The position numbers and the translations under genes were made by a program. Shown here in pieces: positions 19,642-29,049 of a DNA stretch of 64,000 nt (positions are counted from its first letter, which is position 1; every line of letters starts with the position of its first letter). The DNA is taken from contig OY762209.1 in assembly GCA_963665295.1 (NCBI GenBank), forward strand, positions 2,464,001 to 2,528,000. Direction: 5' to 3'. This stretch comes from Syntrophorhabdaceae bacterium (GTDB taxonomy: Bacteria; Desulfobacterota; Syntrophorhabdia; Syntrophorhabdales; Syntrophorhabdaceae). The notes below the pieces were generated by a model that was not told the origin of the DNA, ran no database searches, and saw only the letters and a program-made list of their open reading frames with translations.

Positions 19642-20426
19642 ACGATCTGCACCTTCGTGTCGGAAAGGCCCACGTAACCCCCGTACCGGCGGGAGACGCC
19701 ATACACCCGGCATTCTTCGAGGGTGTGGCCGCAGGTGGCCGTGCCCGGAGTGTAGAGCGTGTCCGGAAGCCAGGAATTGACTCCTCCCGAGGCGATCTTG
19801 CGCCAGTAGTTCACCCAGAGGGCCGAGGTACCCGTTACCGGGCGGGTGCGGACGGATGACGTGTGAGGGATGAGGCACAGGTAAGTCGCTGCGTCTTCTC
19901 CGATCACCTTGCTCGCCGTGGGGTCGATGACCGTGCATTCCACGCCGCGGAAGGGGTGTCCGCAGCGGGCGGCGAAGTACCTCTGCAAGAGGAACCGCTC
20001 CTCGAAGATATTCGGGGCGCCGAGGTTGAAGATCACGATTTGCGACCTGTCGTCGATCTCGGCATTCTGCATCTCGTAGACGACCTCGAAGTCGGCGGCG
20101 GCGAGATTGACCGTGTTGACCCCGTAAATCGTCACCACGGACCCGGAAGCGCCCCTCAGGCGGCGTACGTACCCGGAAATCCCGAGGTCCGTGTCATCCA
20201 GCGAGATCGCGAGGAGAGGCATCTCGCCCTGGCTTCCCGCGCGGATAATGCTCCCCCTGAGATCACAGGGCTCGTAATTCTCGCCGAGAAAGGGGATCGA
20301 GGACGTGGCGTTACAAAGACGCTTCACGTTCCCGTCCGTGAACTCGGCCCGGATCAGGACGAACTCATCATGCCCGGAGGCCATCTTGTCATTTTCGAGG
20401 ATTATGGCGAGGGGCCGGGTGCGCAT
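19638..20426 (-). CDS. minor tail protein (lambda gpL-like, Cys-rich C-terminus)
   Basis: RCGHPFRGVEC...CGHTLEECR..RYGGY four-Cys motif. Confidence 0.8.
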   Translation of the reverse strand: MRTRPLAIILENDKMASGHDEFVLIRAEFTDGNVKRLCNATSSIPFLGENYEPCDLRGSIIRAGSQGEMPLLAISLDDTDLGISGYVRRLRGASGSVVTIYGVNTVNLAAADFEVVYEMQNAEIDDRSQIVIFNLGAPNIFEERFLLQRYFAARCGHPFRGVECTVIDPTASKVIGEDAATYLCLIPHTSSVRTRPVTGTSALWVNYWRKIASGGVNSWLPDTLYTPGTATCGHTLEECRVYGVSRRYGGYVGLSDTKVQIV

Positions 20427-20966
20427 TTACATTTCCTCCAGAGGAACGGAGGCCTTGAACTTCTGATGGTTTATCCGGGTAAACTTCACGCCGCCTTCCC
20501 TCACCCGGACGAGGTAGGTGTTTTCCTTCCACGTGACGGTGGTGGGGGTTTCCCCGTCGGTCACTGTGGCGTTCTTGGTGGCGGGGAAAGTCGGGGCTGT
20601 CGCTCCGGAGGTGCCCCCCACGGTGCAGATGTAGGAATGGCCGTTCGGGGTCACGGGATGAATGATATCGTCCGCGGTGTACACGTGGTTCGCCTGCCAG
20701 GTATTATCACCGTAGGACTCGTCCCTGTTTCTCCAGTAAAAGGGGACTGAACCCACCTTGCGGGCCTTGAGGAACTTCTCGAAGGTAATTTTCTCCGTGG
20801 GGGTAAGCTCCGTGTCGAAGTCGAACACCTTGGTATCGCGGAACGCGCCCGCCCGGGTCTTCACGTACCCCTTACCCATGGTGGTGCGGCGCGTGGGGTC
20901 GATCAATTGGTCCGAGTTGCCGAAGAACTGGGCCGCGTCGGGAAGGGGATAATCCTCGTAACTCAT
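20427..20966 (-). CDS. distal tail protein (gpM/Dit-like) with an inserted small carbohydrate-binding module
   Basis: Follows the tape measure gene; GSVPFYW; insert WQANHVYTADDII..NGHSYICTVGGTSG. Confidence 0.7.
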   Translation of the reverse strand: MSYEDYPLPDAAQFFGNSDQLIDPTRRTTMGKGYVKTRAGAFRDTKVFDFDTELTPTEKITFEKFLKARKVGSVPFYWRNRDESYGDNTWQANHVYTADDIIHPVTPNGHSYICTVGGTSGATAPTFPATKNATVTDGETPTTVTWKENTYLVRVREGGVKFTRINHQKFKASVPLEEM

Positions 20967-23900
20967 CAGTAGCCCCGTCTGGTCTGGAGGCGTTTGGACA
21001 ACTTGCCGCCCCTGCCTGAATTCTTGAGCACGAATTTAACGACCATCTTTTCCGCCTCGCTGTCCCAACGAGGTTCGTCCTGGGTCATCTCTACATCCTT
21101 GAGCGCCCCCGAATGGTCTTCGAAGACCACGTGGACCGACGGCGTCGCGCCCAGCTTGTCGAGGTTGGGGATAACCCGGCCGCCCGTGTTGGGGATCATC
21201 AGTTCGGGACGGTTCTCGCCCACGATCATGGGCATGCCCGCTTCGTAGATCCCGCCGGCGTCGAAGTGAAACCAATCCCATACGTCACCGAAGGGGTCCC
21301 ACCCGTTCGTGCCGGAGAAATAGCCCAGGGGGAAGCCGAATTGACTCCACCAGCCGAGGCGGCTGATGTCCTCGAAATTGCCGCTTGTGGCGCTCCCGAA
21401 GGTATCCCCAAGGCCCGACCAATCGTCGTGAATGGAGCCGGATAGTATCCCCGCTCCTTTATCTCCCAGGTATTCACGACCAAGGACCCCGGCAAGGACC
21501 GATCCACCGGTAATCCCTGCGCCGCCGCCCAATCCTCCGAGGAACCCTTCACCGCCGCCTCCCCCGCCGAAAAGGCTTGACAACCACGACCACATCCCGC
21601 CGCCGTCAGTGCCGCCCATGCCCGTTTCCCATGTGCCGTAGTTGGCGGGATCAGAGAAGGCGGCTTCATATCCGGTAGGCACTCCCGCGGCCCATTCGCC
21701 GTAATTGGCGGGGTTGTTGAACGTACCTTCCCAACCGGTAGCCCCTTCCGAGGTGGGCCATGTGCCGTAATTGTACTCGCTGTAGAATTCGGGGCCCACT
21801 TTCGAGGAGGGGCCGAACATCTGATTGTAAAGGTTGTACAGACTCTTCCCGTTCTTGTAGAGCTTGTGCAACTGCTGGACGGAGGCCAGGGGGTTGTTGC
21901 CGGCGTCGTTACCGCCCAGGGACGAGAGGCCCGAGCCGATACCCATGAGGGAGGAAAGCCACCCGCCGCCTGAACCTCCGCCTCCGAACCAACTGCTGAA
22001 CCAACTCGAAGATCCTTCTTCGCCTGAAGGCCAGGTGCCATAGTTCCCGGCGGCGTCGAACCTGCCCCAGTCCCGGTCACCGTTGCCCGTTGAGCCCGGC
22101 TTGAGGGAGTCAGACAAGTCCTTGATGCTGCCGGACAGACCTTCCGTGGACTGGTCCGTAATCGACCTGTCCGAGGAGCCGACGAGGGCGGTGGTGAGAT
22201 TCCGGAGGGCCTCGGTATTCTCTTTCGTGGCGAGGAACGCCTCCGCGTCACGGGCGGTGGTCGGTTGGGCGGGTGATTTCATGCCGAGGAGGCTGTAAAG
22301 GGTGTCCTTCGCCTGTCCCACGATAAGCTCGGCTCCCGCCTTTGCGAAAAGACGCCTGAAGGCGTTGTTGAGGCTCTCGATCTTGTACTCCGAAGGGGAA
22401 TAGAGATAGTCTTCAAGGTTCTTCTCAATCGACTGAGCCATGCCCTTGGAAAGTTCCTCGGCCGTCTGGAATGTGGATCTCATTTCGTAGACGTAGTCAC
22501 GGAGACCGCGTGAAAGGCCGTCGCCAAATGAACCCGTCTGCTCCTTGAGGGAGAGTTGGAGGTCCATGATCTGTTTTTCCGTGTTCGCGATCTTGTCAAG
22601 GAGGGTGATCTTGGCGATGTCATTCCCCGAATCCATGGCCGCCTGGAGGCTTGACCGGTAGGTGTCGAGGAGGCGCTGCTCGGCGGCGATCTTTTCCGAG
22701 TAGATGGCGGCCTTAGGGACGGTCCGGTCCTTCTCCATGATGTCGAGGGAGGCGAGGCGGCGGCGTGTCTCGGATTCGAGGACGTTCCGATCGTTCTCCT
22801 GCAGGATACGGGCCTTATTCGCGGCGGCGATCTTACGGAACCTCGACAGCTCCTCCTCCGCCTCTTCCTCTGTTTTCACATATTTCATGGCCTGGCGGCG
22901 CATCTCTTCGACCCACTTGTCCTCAAGGACGAGGCGCTTGTTGATCTCCGAGGCCTGCTTCTCGGTGACGCTCTCCTGGGTCTTGCGCCATGCTTCTTCA
23001 CTGTCCCTGCGGAGCTTTTGTTCTTTTTCGTACATTTCGATCCGCGCTGAATCTTCGATGTAGGCGTTTGCCGTGGCCACGACCGAGTTGACCTTTCCCT
23101 TATCCATCCCGCTTTCTATCAGCTTCTGAGCCTGGCGGTCGATCTCGTTCATTTTCTTCGCCTGCTCGGTAAGGGCGGGGTTAAGGTTTTCGATCTGGAC
23201 AAGCCAGTTTTTGTACGTTTCCGCGAGTTGTTCTATCTTCCCCTTGCTCTTCTCCGCGTCGATGCGGGCCTTGAGGGCGGCGTTTTCCTCCTCGCGCTGC
23301 GTCGTGAGGTAGGCGGCATAGGCTTTCTTGTCGTCTTCGGTGATGCCCGGTTCGTAGCCCACGCCTTCCATGGCCTTGCGGGCGTCCGAGTCGTCCTGTC
23401 GCCTGCCGTAGGGGGTCACGCCGTAAGTGCCGGCGGGGCGGGTGATCCTTCCTCTACCCTCCGCCGTGTCCATTGCCGCCGCGAAGTCCCTGATGGCGCC
23501 GATGCCTCCACCTACGATGGTGACAATGAGCTTGCCTATCTCTTCCCGGGTCTGGGAGATGTGGGCCCGGTGCCGCTGAAGCACTTCGGAGACGGAATCG
23601 GTCTGCACCCCCATCTCGGCGCTGGCGATCTGAGCGTTACGGTACGCCATCTGAAGGAGATTGACATCGTCTATTCCGAGTTGTGTCGCCTTGTTGAGAA
23701 GGCCCATTTCCTCACGGGTAATGAGGCCGAAGCGGCGCATCGCACGAGGAATGTCGTTCGCGATGGAATCGGCGATCGATTCATAGGCGTCCTTTACATC
23801 GACTCCCTGACGGCGCGCGGCTGTCCGGGCCATCTCGCCGATCTGGACCATACCCGCCGGGTCGATATCCTGAGTGACGCCCTTGAGGGCCTTTTGCATG

Positions 23901-24382
23901 AGGTCGCTGTCGTCGATGGTCCCCGCCGTGGCCCGCTTCATGGCTGCCACGATGGCGTCCGCCGAGAAATCCATGGACCGGGCCGCGTGGCCGAAGGCCT
24001 CCTCTACCTGGAGCGCCTTTGCGCCTATTTCCGTGAATTCCTTTCCCTTGTTCACCGCCACCATGGCGGAGGCGATCCCTGCGGAAAGGGCCAGCCAGTG
24101 CGACTTGATCTGGGAGATGATGCCCGTCTGGTTGCCGAGCAGTTCCTGGTTGAGCCGGGCTATTTCCTTGTTTTTCGCCAGTTCCGCCTGTCTTATTTCC
24201 GCGGCGGAGGCGAGGCCCGAAGCCTTGATGGTATCGTAGGCGGCGGTGACGTTGCCTTTCTGGGCGTTGATGTCGGCGACGGTGGACGTGTTGAGGGTTT
24301 TGTAGGCGGACCCAACCTCTTTCGTGACAGCGATCGCCCGGGAACCGTCGGCGCTGATGATGAGTTTTACTTCATTTGCCAT
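20966..24382 (-). CDS. tail tape measure protein
   Basis: 1138 aa, helical and Ala-rich; C-terminal FDAGG...IVGENRPELMIP motif; follows the tail chaperones. Confidence 0.9.
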   Translation of the reverse strand: MANEVKLIISADGSRAIAVTKEVGSAYKTLNTSTVADINAQKGNVTAAYDTIKASGLASAAEIRQAELAKNKEIARLNQELLGNQTGIISQIKSHWLALSAGIASAMVAVNKGKEFTEIGAKALQVEEAFGHAARSMDFSADAIVAAMKRATAGTIDDSDLMQKALKGVTQDIDPAGMVQIGEMARTAARRQGVDVKDAYESIADSIANDIPRAMRRFGLITREEMGLLNKATQLGIDDVNLLQMAYRNAQIASAEMGVQTDSVSEVLQRHRAHISQTREEIGKLIVTIVGGGIGAIRDFAAAMDTAEGRGRITRPAGTYGVTPYGRRQDDSDARKAMEGVGYEPGITEDDKKAYAAYLTTQREEENAALKARIDAEKSKGKIEQLAETYKNWLVQIENLNPALTEQAKKMNEIDRQAQKLIESGMDKGKVNSVVATANAYIEDSARIEMYEKEQKLRRDSEEAWRKTQESVTEKQASEINKRLVLEDKWVEEMRRQAMKYVKTEEEAEEELSRFRKIAAANKARILQENDRNVLESETRRRLASLDIMEKDRTVPKAAIYSEKIAAEQRLLDTYRSSLQAAMDSGNDIAKITLLDKIANTEKQIMDLQLSLKEQTGSFGDGLSRGLRDYVYEMRSTFQTAEELSKGMAQSIEKNLEDYLYSPSEYKIESLNNAFRRLFAKAGAELIVGQAKDTLYSLLGMKSPAQPTTARDAEAFLATKENTEALRNLTTALVGSSDRSITDQSTEGLSGSIKDLSDSLKPGSTGNGDRDWGRFDAAGNYGTWPSGEEGSSSWFSSWFGGGGSGGGWLSSLMGIGSGLSSLGGNDAGNNPLASVQQLHKLYKNGKSLYNLYNQMFGPSSKVGPEFYSEYNYGTWPTSEGATGWEGTFNNPANYGEWAAGVPTGYEAAFSDPANYGTWETGMGGTDGGGMWSWLSSLFGGGGGGEGFLGGLGGGAGITGGSVLAGVLGREYLGDKGAGILSGSIHDDWSGLGDTFGSATSGNFEDISRLGWWSQFGFPLGYFSGTNGWDPFGDVWDWFHFDAGGIYEAGMPMIVGENRPELMIPNTGGRVIPNLDKLGATPSVHVVFEDHSGALKDVEMTQDEPRWDSEAEKMVVKFVLKNSGRGGKLSKRLQTRRGY

Positions 24383-24790
24383 CTCTTACCCCTGCCTTGT
24401 TCTCTGGACACTTTTTGCACGTCCACTCAAAATACCGGCCGTACATCTCCCGGCACGCCGCTTCTTTATCCGCAGTACAGCGGGTAGAGCCTCCGGCGGC
24501 GAGGGCAGCGAGGACCTCCCGCTCAAAGAAGTGAACCTTTTCAAAGAAAGTCCGGTCCGTGGCGATGGAAAGCCTGTCGGCAACCAGGACAAGGGACGGG
24601 TAATTGAGGCCGCATGGACGGGCAGAGATGAACCCCTGGGAAATCCCTGCGGCGGCGATGAAATTTCCGTAGGGCTCCTTCTTCCACTGGGTCGATGTGA
24701 GAAACAACAGGTTCCAGAGATCAACATTTCCCGGCCGTACCTCTTTCGGAATCTCGCCGCTTACGAAACAGTCGGCGAGTTCCCTGAGTT
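24372..24790 (-). CDS. tail assembly chaperone C-terminal extension (gpT-like), expressed by -1 frameshift
   Basis: The -1 frame is open from the slippery site through LFLTSTQW to the stop at 24372. Confidence 0.75.
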
Positions 24791-25180
24791 TTTTAGTTCC
24801 GCCTCCTCGATGGAGAAGGCGAGAGAGTTGGAAATGTCGGACACCTGCTGGAAGACGCTGGGATCAGCGGAAGGCATGGTGAGAAAGAGGAGTTTCTTCT
24901 TGTTTTCGAGGGTGACTTCCCACGCTACGGGCTGTCCGTCGGGTCCGTGTTCGCCCACGCCCCTGAATTCCTCCACTACGAAATCGTAGGTGTCATCCAG
25001 CGCTTTTGCGGCACGCTTCTTTTCATCCCGGATGTCCTTCACCTTTTCCCGGATCGCGGTCTTGACGGCGTTCGTGAGAGGGCGAATCTTGACACCCACT
25101 TGTGCCCCCCATATGTTCAGATCAAACCACTGACCGGACCTTAATGCCTCTTCATACCCGGTATTTTTAACGATGAGCAT
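24761..25180 (-). CDS. tail assembly chaperone (gpG-like)
   Basis: Position before the tape measure gene; ends ELKN at A-AAA-AAC. Confidence 0.8.
   Translation of the reverse strand: MLIVKNTGYEEALRSGQWFDLNIWGAQVGVKIRPLTNAVKTAIREKVKDIRDEKKRAAKALDDTYDFVVEEFRGVGEHGPDGQPVAWEVTLENKKKLLFLTMPSADPSVFQQVSDISNSLAFSIEEAELKNSGNSPTVS
24788..24794 (-). other. programmed -1 frameshift heptamer A AAA AAC
   Basis: Correct X XXY YYZ phase; joins the two chaperone ORFs. Confidence 0.8.
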
Positions 25181-25214
25181 GTGGCCTCCTTGCTGGCATG
25201 TGATAGGGATTACT

Positions 25215-25252
25215 TATCATCCGGGGGTGAAATGGTCTGGCAGAGTGTTGCA
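25215..25252 (-). promoter_or_regulatory. putative late promoter, copy A
   Basis: TGCAACACTCTGCCAGACCATTTC-N8-ATGATA, upstream of the tail chaperone. Confidence 0.75.
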
Positions 25253-25270
25253 AAATTTTTTAGAGGGGAG

Positions 25271-25301
25271 AAAAGAAAAAGCCGCAGGGGATGCCTGCGG
25301 C
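25271..25301 (-). terminator. Rho-independent terminator of the moron
   Basis: GCCGCAGG/CCTGCGGC stem followed by a U tract on the minus strand. Confidence 0.8.
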
Positions 25302-25340
25302 CCGATATCGATAGAAGCTGCTATATCATGTCATTTTCGT

Positions 25341-25973
25341 TTACTGCGCTACAATCTGGTTATCTGATGGAGATTTCTTCAAGAAGAGTTTATCCAATAT
25401 TGCCGAGGTCGCGGTTGTGACGTTTTCCCTCCCCGGTTGGCTCTTGTCAAAATAGAAAAACCCTTTCTCTCGATTACTTTCCATCTCCACGCCTTCCTCA
25501 TCAAACACCTTTAGGGCCACATCGTAATGCAGAGCCGGGCGGAAATGCGTCTCCGTTTTCCACTCAATCAAAGTGAAATAGTAGACGACGTTGTCCGTCC
25601 GTGCCTCCAGCACATTCTTTCGGAATTGGGCAAATGACCATGAACACGGGACGATCTGCTGGACAGAGGATATCTGTTTTGACTTCAACCCGCTTACAAT
25701 GGAGAACCCCAGATCATCGGCGAAGGGCTTTCCTGACTTCGTATTAACGTCAAAAGGGATACCATATATGGACTTTTGAATCCCCACGAACGTGGATGGT
25801 TTCTTGCCCGTCTGCACATAGGGCCTGAGATCATGCACCGCCACAATAACGGACTTGCCGTTGGAATCGACGGCTAAATTGAGGGGCGCCTGATAGGATA
25901 TCTTCCGACCGAAGGCGCAGCTGGTGAGGGCAATAATAAGACAAAATAGAAACAGTTTTTTCGATATAGCCAT
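25341..25973 (-). CDS. lipoprotein moron (possibly YajG-like)
   Basis: Lipobox LTSC; AT-richer than neighbours; has its own promoter and terminator. Confidence 0.75.
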   Translation of the reverse strand: MAISKKLFLFCLIIALTSCAFGRKISYQAPLNLAVDSNGKSVIVAVHDLRPYVQTGKKPSTFVGIQKSIYGIPFDVNTKSGKPFADDLGFSIVSGLKSKQISSVQQIVPCSWSFAQFRKNVLEARTDNVVYYFTLIEWKTETHFRPALHYDVALKVFDEEGVEMESNREKGFFYFDKSQPGRENVTTATSAILDKLFLKKSPSDNQIVAQ

Positions 25974-25999
25974 TAACCCCCACCTTTTCTGTTCTTTCG

Positions 26000-26028
26000 A
26001 TATTACGAAAAGTGCGATGCGATGTCAA
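26000..26028 (-). promoter_or_regulatory. sigma70-type promoter of the moron
   Basis: TTGACA-N17-TAATAT. Confidence 0.7.
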
Positions 26029-26039
26029 CTTATTTCCCC

Positions 26040-26080
26040 AAAAAAAACAGGCAAGGGAGCCGAAAGACCGGCCCCCTTGA
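26040..26080 (-). terminator. terminator after the major tail gene
   Basis: CAAGGGGGCC...GGCTCCCTTG stem followed by a T8 tract. Confidence 0.65.
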
Positions 26081-26092
26081 AATCATATTTGC

Positions 26093-27361
26093 TTACTGGG
26101 CGTAACCGGCTACTTTATTCGCCACGGTCCAGATACACGAGCCGTACGTGTCGTCCTGCAGTATCTGGATGTCTCCGGCTTCGGCGATCTGCTTGCCGTT
26201 TATCTTGAAATCGTCCGTGAGGACGTTGCACCTCGGAAAGATACCTTCCACATAGTAGTTCTTCCCGGTCTCAAACTCCGCTCCGGTGGCCTTCACGTAG
26301 GCCCCGAAATATTCGTTGTTCTTCATGAGCTGCTGAAGAATCGTGTCCCGGCTCTGGCGGTCGAGTTTGAGGAACTGCCGCCTGCCGTCGCGCTGCGCGT
26401 AATTGGCGTAGGTTCCCGTGCCTCCGGGGCGGAACTCCACTTTCATCTGGTTGTCGAGGCTGTATTCCACGGACTCTATTTCCGCGTCGATGGTGTGGCC
26501 TCCGAGGAAGGATGTGCCATTCCATTTGCCGCCGAGCTTCATGACCAGGTCGGACACCCTGAGGGGCGATTCCGTTACCCGGGCGGGGAATGTCATCCAG
26601 CCGCTTTCCGTGGGCACGTAGGTGATCTTGAAATTGCACGCGGTGTGCGTGCCGCCCGGAGCGGTCATGGTGATCACGGCGGGGGAGGCGTCCGAGGCGG
26701 CGCTGAACACCACGTCCTTCCATTCCAGGGTGCTCGGCACCTGAACCCTGATCTGGTGGATGCTGTCCAGTCTCGCCGTCGCTGTGGCGCCCTGAACTCC
26801 GTTCGCGGCAAGGGTAAGGGATGTAGCGTCGTAGAACCCGCTCACCGTCTCCTCGATCACGTTGTCCGTATACTTGCCGGTACCCACAATGGAAGCGGAG
26901 AGCTTCGCCCACGAGTCCTTTGCAAAGGTCATGGTGACTTTATCCACGAGACAGGAAGCGAGCCTCCTTTTAAGGATGGTCGCCCCGAGGCGCTGGGCGG
27001 CGGTAAAAAATGGATTATTCATGTCCGTCGTGGGGGTGATGACATGCTTGTAGCCCGTCCCCCAGGCGGCCGGGGTGTCAATGCCAAGGGCATAGGCGAG
27101 GATGAAACCCGCGTGCTGGGCCTGCATCTTTTCAAAGGAAAATGTTCCTTCCACAGTGGCCCCGAGGTCGTAGAGCATGTCTGCTTCTTCCATGCCATTG
27201 GCCTCGTTGGAATTGTCCTCCCGGCGCGTCTTGAGCTTCAGGATACTTGATATCTCCATGAGCATGGCCGTGTCGAGGGTCTGCTCCGTGTTGATGGCTG
27301 CCTCCCTGAGCAACGCGGAGACTGCGAAAAGGATATTGTTCGCAAGGTAGTTTCTACTCAT
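26093..27361 (-). CDS. major tail tube protein
   Basis: Synteny between the tail terminator and chaperone; YKHVITP, VDKVTMTF, VEYSLDN tube-like motifs. Confidence 0.75.
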   Translation of the reverse strand: MSRNYLANNILFAVSALLREAAINTEQTLDTAMLMEISSILKLKTRREDNSNEANGMEEADMLYDLGATVEGTFSFEKMQAQHAGFILAYALGIDTPAAWGTGYKHVITPTTDMNNPFFTAAQRLGATILKRRLASCLVDKVTMTFAKDSWAKLSASIVGTGKYTDNVIEETVSGFYDATSLTLAANGVQGATATARLDSIHQIRVQVPSTLEWKDVVFSAASDASPAVITMTAPGGTHTACNFKITYVPTESGWMTFPARVTESPLRVSDLVMKLGGKWNGTSFLGGHTIDAEIESVEYSLDNQMKVEFRPGGTGTYANYAQRDGRRQFLKLDRQSRDTILQQLMKNNEYFGAYVKATGAEFETGKNYYVEGIFPRCNVLTDDFKINGKQIAEAGDIQILQDDTYGSCIWTVANKVAGYAQ

Positions 27362-27621
27362 CAGCTTTCCTCCTCCGGGGATGTAGTAGGTGCTCCCGCT
27401 TCATCACCGGGGGCCTGATCGAGTGGTTGCGCGGCGGGAGATAGACGGGACGGGGCGGCAGGGCCAGGGGCGGCGTCCGGTTCCTCGGGGATCGCCTCGA
27501 ATTTCGCCTCTTCCTCCGGGGGCACTTGGGCGTAGCGGTAGCCTGACGCGAACTTGCGGCCCGCGAAGGGGCCATCCGTGCATTCGAAATCGGGGATGGT
27601 GGGCTTCAGTGTGTAATACAT
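27361..27621 (-). CDS. phage hypothetical protein
   Basis: GGAGG RBS; coupled to its neighbours. Confidence 0.65.
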   Translation of the reverse strand: MYYTLKPTIPDFECTDGPFAGRKFASGYRYAQVPPEEEAKFEAIPEEPDAAPGPAAPSRLSPAAQPLDQAPGDEAGAPTTSPEEES

Positions 27622-27622
27622 G

Positions 27623-28111
27623 TTAACCTCCAATGGTTCGGACGAAATCGATCTCGACCCTCATCACCCCGAAATAGGTGGGGTGATAATGGCCTTCGTC
27701 GTTCGCCGATTCTTTTGTCTCGATGTCGTTGCATCCGGCGGGGAGGCCGATGCCCCCCAGTTCTCCCTCGGGTCGGTATTTCAGGAAATCGTCTTCGATA
27801 GCTTCCTCGAAGGCTACCGCCTGCTTCCCCGCGAGGGAAAGGTCGTTCTGCATAAAACCGAAATAGACTCGAAGGTCCTGTTTGTAGGACCGCTCGGAGA
27901 CGGCCCGGGCGCCTTTTTCCACGACCGGACGGGTAATCATGATGAGGGGAAGCTCATCCTGGGTGATCTTTACCCTGGGTTTGAAAAAGGTTTTGACCGA
28001 GAGGGTCCTGCCGGGCCACCTGGCGGCGGCGTAAGCGGCGGCAGCCCCTTTGCCGAGGTCCTCGGCGATCTTCTCCATGACGGAGACGAAGCTGGTGGAG
28101 GTGTCGGCCAT
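27623..28111 (-). CDS. probable tail terminator / completion protein
   Basis: Synteny; ELPLIMIT motif. Confidence 0.55.
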   Translation of the reverse strand: MADTSTSFVSVMEKIAEDLGKGAAAAYAAARWPGRTLSVKTFFKPRVKITQDELPLIMITRPVVEKGARAVSERSYKQDLRVYFGFMQNDLSLAGKQAVAFEEAIEDDFLKYRPEGELGGIGLPAGCNDIETKESANDEGHYHPTYFGVMRVEIDFVRTIGG

Positions 28112-28413
28112 TATTCCGCGCCTCCCTTTCCGGGCTCGGAACCTTTGAGGTTTGTGAGGATGCTTTTCATTTCGTCCATGTAACCGCGTGTCAATTCATG
28201 GTTCTTCAGCAGGTTTCTCGCTCCTTCGGCATCGGTGTAGTACTTGCCCGTTTCCACTCCGAATTCAACCGGGTAGTAGTCAGGTTCCGGCGGAAGGGAC
28301 GGGACCTGCTGCCGGATGTATTCCGTTCTCACCACCTGCGCCGTCGGCGGGGTACATGCGGTTAAGCCAGTCAAGAAGCTCGTCGCCAGTAGAATTATTG
28401 CCGTTCTTTTCAT
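28111..28413 (-). CDS. o-spanin (Rz1-like lipoprotein)
   Basis: Lipobox LTAC, Pro-rich; overlaps the i-spanin 3' end. Confidence 0.75.
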   Translation of the reverse strand: MKRTAIILLATSFLTGLTACTPPTAQVVRTEYIRQQVPSLPPEPDYYPVEFGVETGKYYTDAEGARNLLKNHELTRGYMDEMKSILTNLKGSEPGKGGAE

Positions 28414-28753
28414 TGGTCCCCTCCGGGGTTATCTTGATCGCGCCGGGCTTGACGTCCTTCGTGCCCGTCTTGAGGGTGTCTATTTTCTTGTTCTTCGATA
28501 ATGTCCGGTCCTTAATTTTAAGCCGGTCGTCACAGCCTTTCAGGGCGTCCTTCACTTCCTGTCGGAGACTTCCGATCGTGGCCTCCTGAGAGGCGTTCGC
28601 GTCCTGGCAGGTTTTGAGGTCCGAACGGGCGACTTTGATGTCGGCCTGATACCCTTTTATCCTCATTTGCTGGACGTAAGCGGCAATGAGGACGCCCGCC
28701 ACAAAGGCGAGGGCGTAGGGCAAGACCTTGCGGGCAACGGTTATCCAGTCCAT
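28280..28753 (-). CDS. i-spanin (Rz-like)
   Basis: N-terminal TM helix followed by a coiled coil. Confidence 0.75.
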   Translation of the reverse strand: MDWITVARKVLPYALAFVAGVLIAAYVQQMRIKGYQADIKVARSDLKTCQDANASQEATIGSLRQEVKDALKGCDDRLKIKDRTLSKNKKIDTLKTGTKDVKPGAIKITPEGTNEKNGNNSTGDELLDWLNRMYPADGAGGENGIHPAAGPVPSAGT

Positions 28754-29049
28754 TAGTCCATCTCCTTCAACACGTGAAAATTACGGATTACCACGTAAAG
28801 GTACCCGGACAGGAAGAGAGCCAGGATTACCGGGCCGATAACGGGTAGGACGGTCCTGAGCCAGAAGAAGAAAAGAGCGCCAAAAAGAGCCTGAGCGGCT
28901 TTTGCTTGCAAAAGCCATCCGCGCCTGACGAACCACGAGATCAGGGGGTTCATTTCCCGGCCACCTCGGGCGAGGATCTTACTCGTCACGTCGTAATCGA
29001 GGACGGTGAGCACGATGAAAACGCAAATCAAAACTATTGTGAAGATCAT
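28753..29049 (-). CDS. membrane protein (DUF5658-like)
   Basis: LDYDVT..ILARGGREMNPL motif; three hydrophobic segments. Confidence 0.7.
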   Translation of the reverse strand: MIFTIVLICVFIVLTVLDYDVTSKILARGGREMNPLISWFVRRGWLLQAKAAQALFGALFFFWLRTVLPVIGPVILALFLSGYLYVVIRNFHVLKEMD

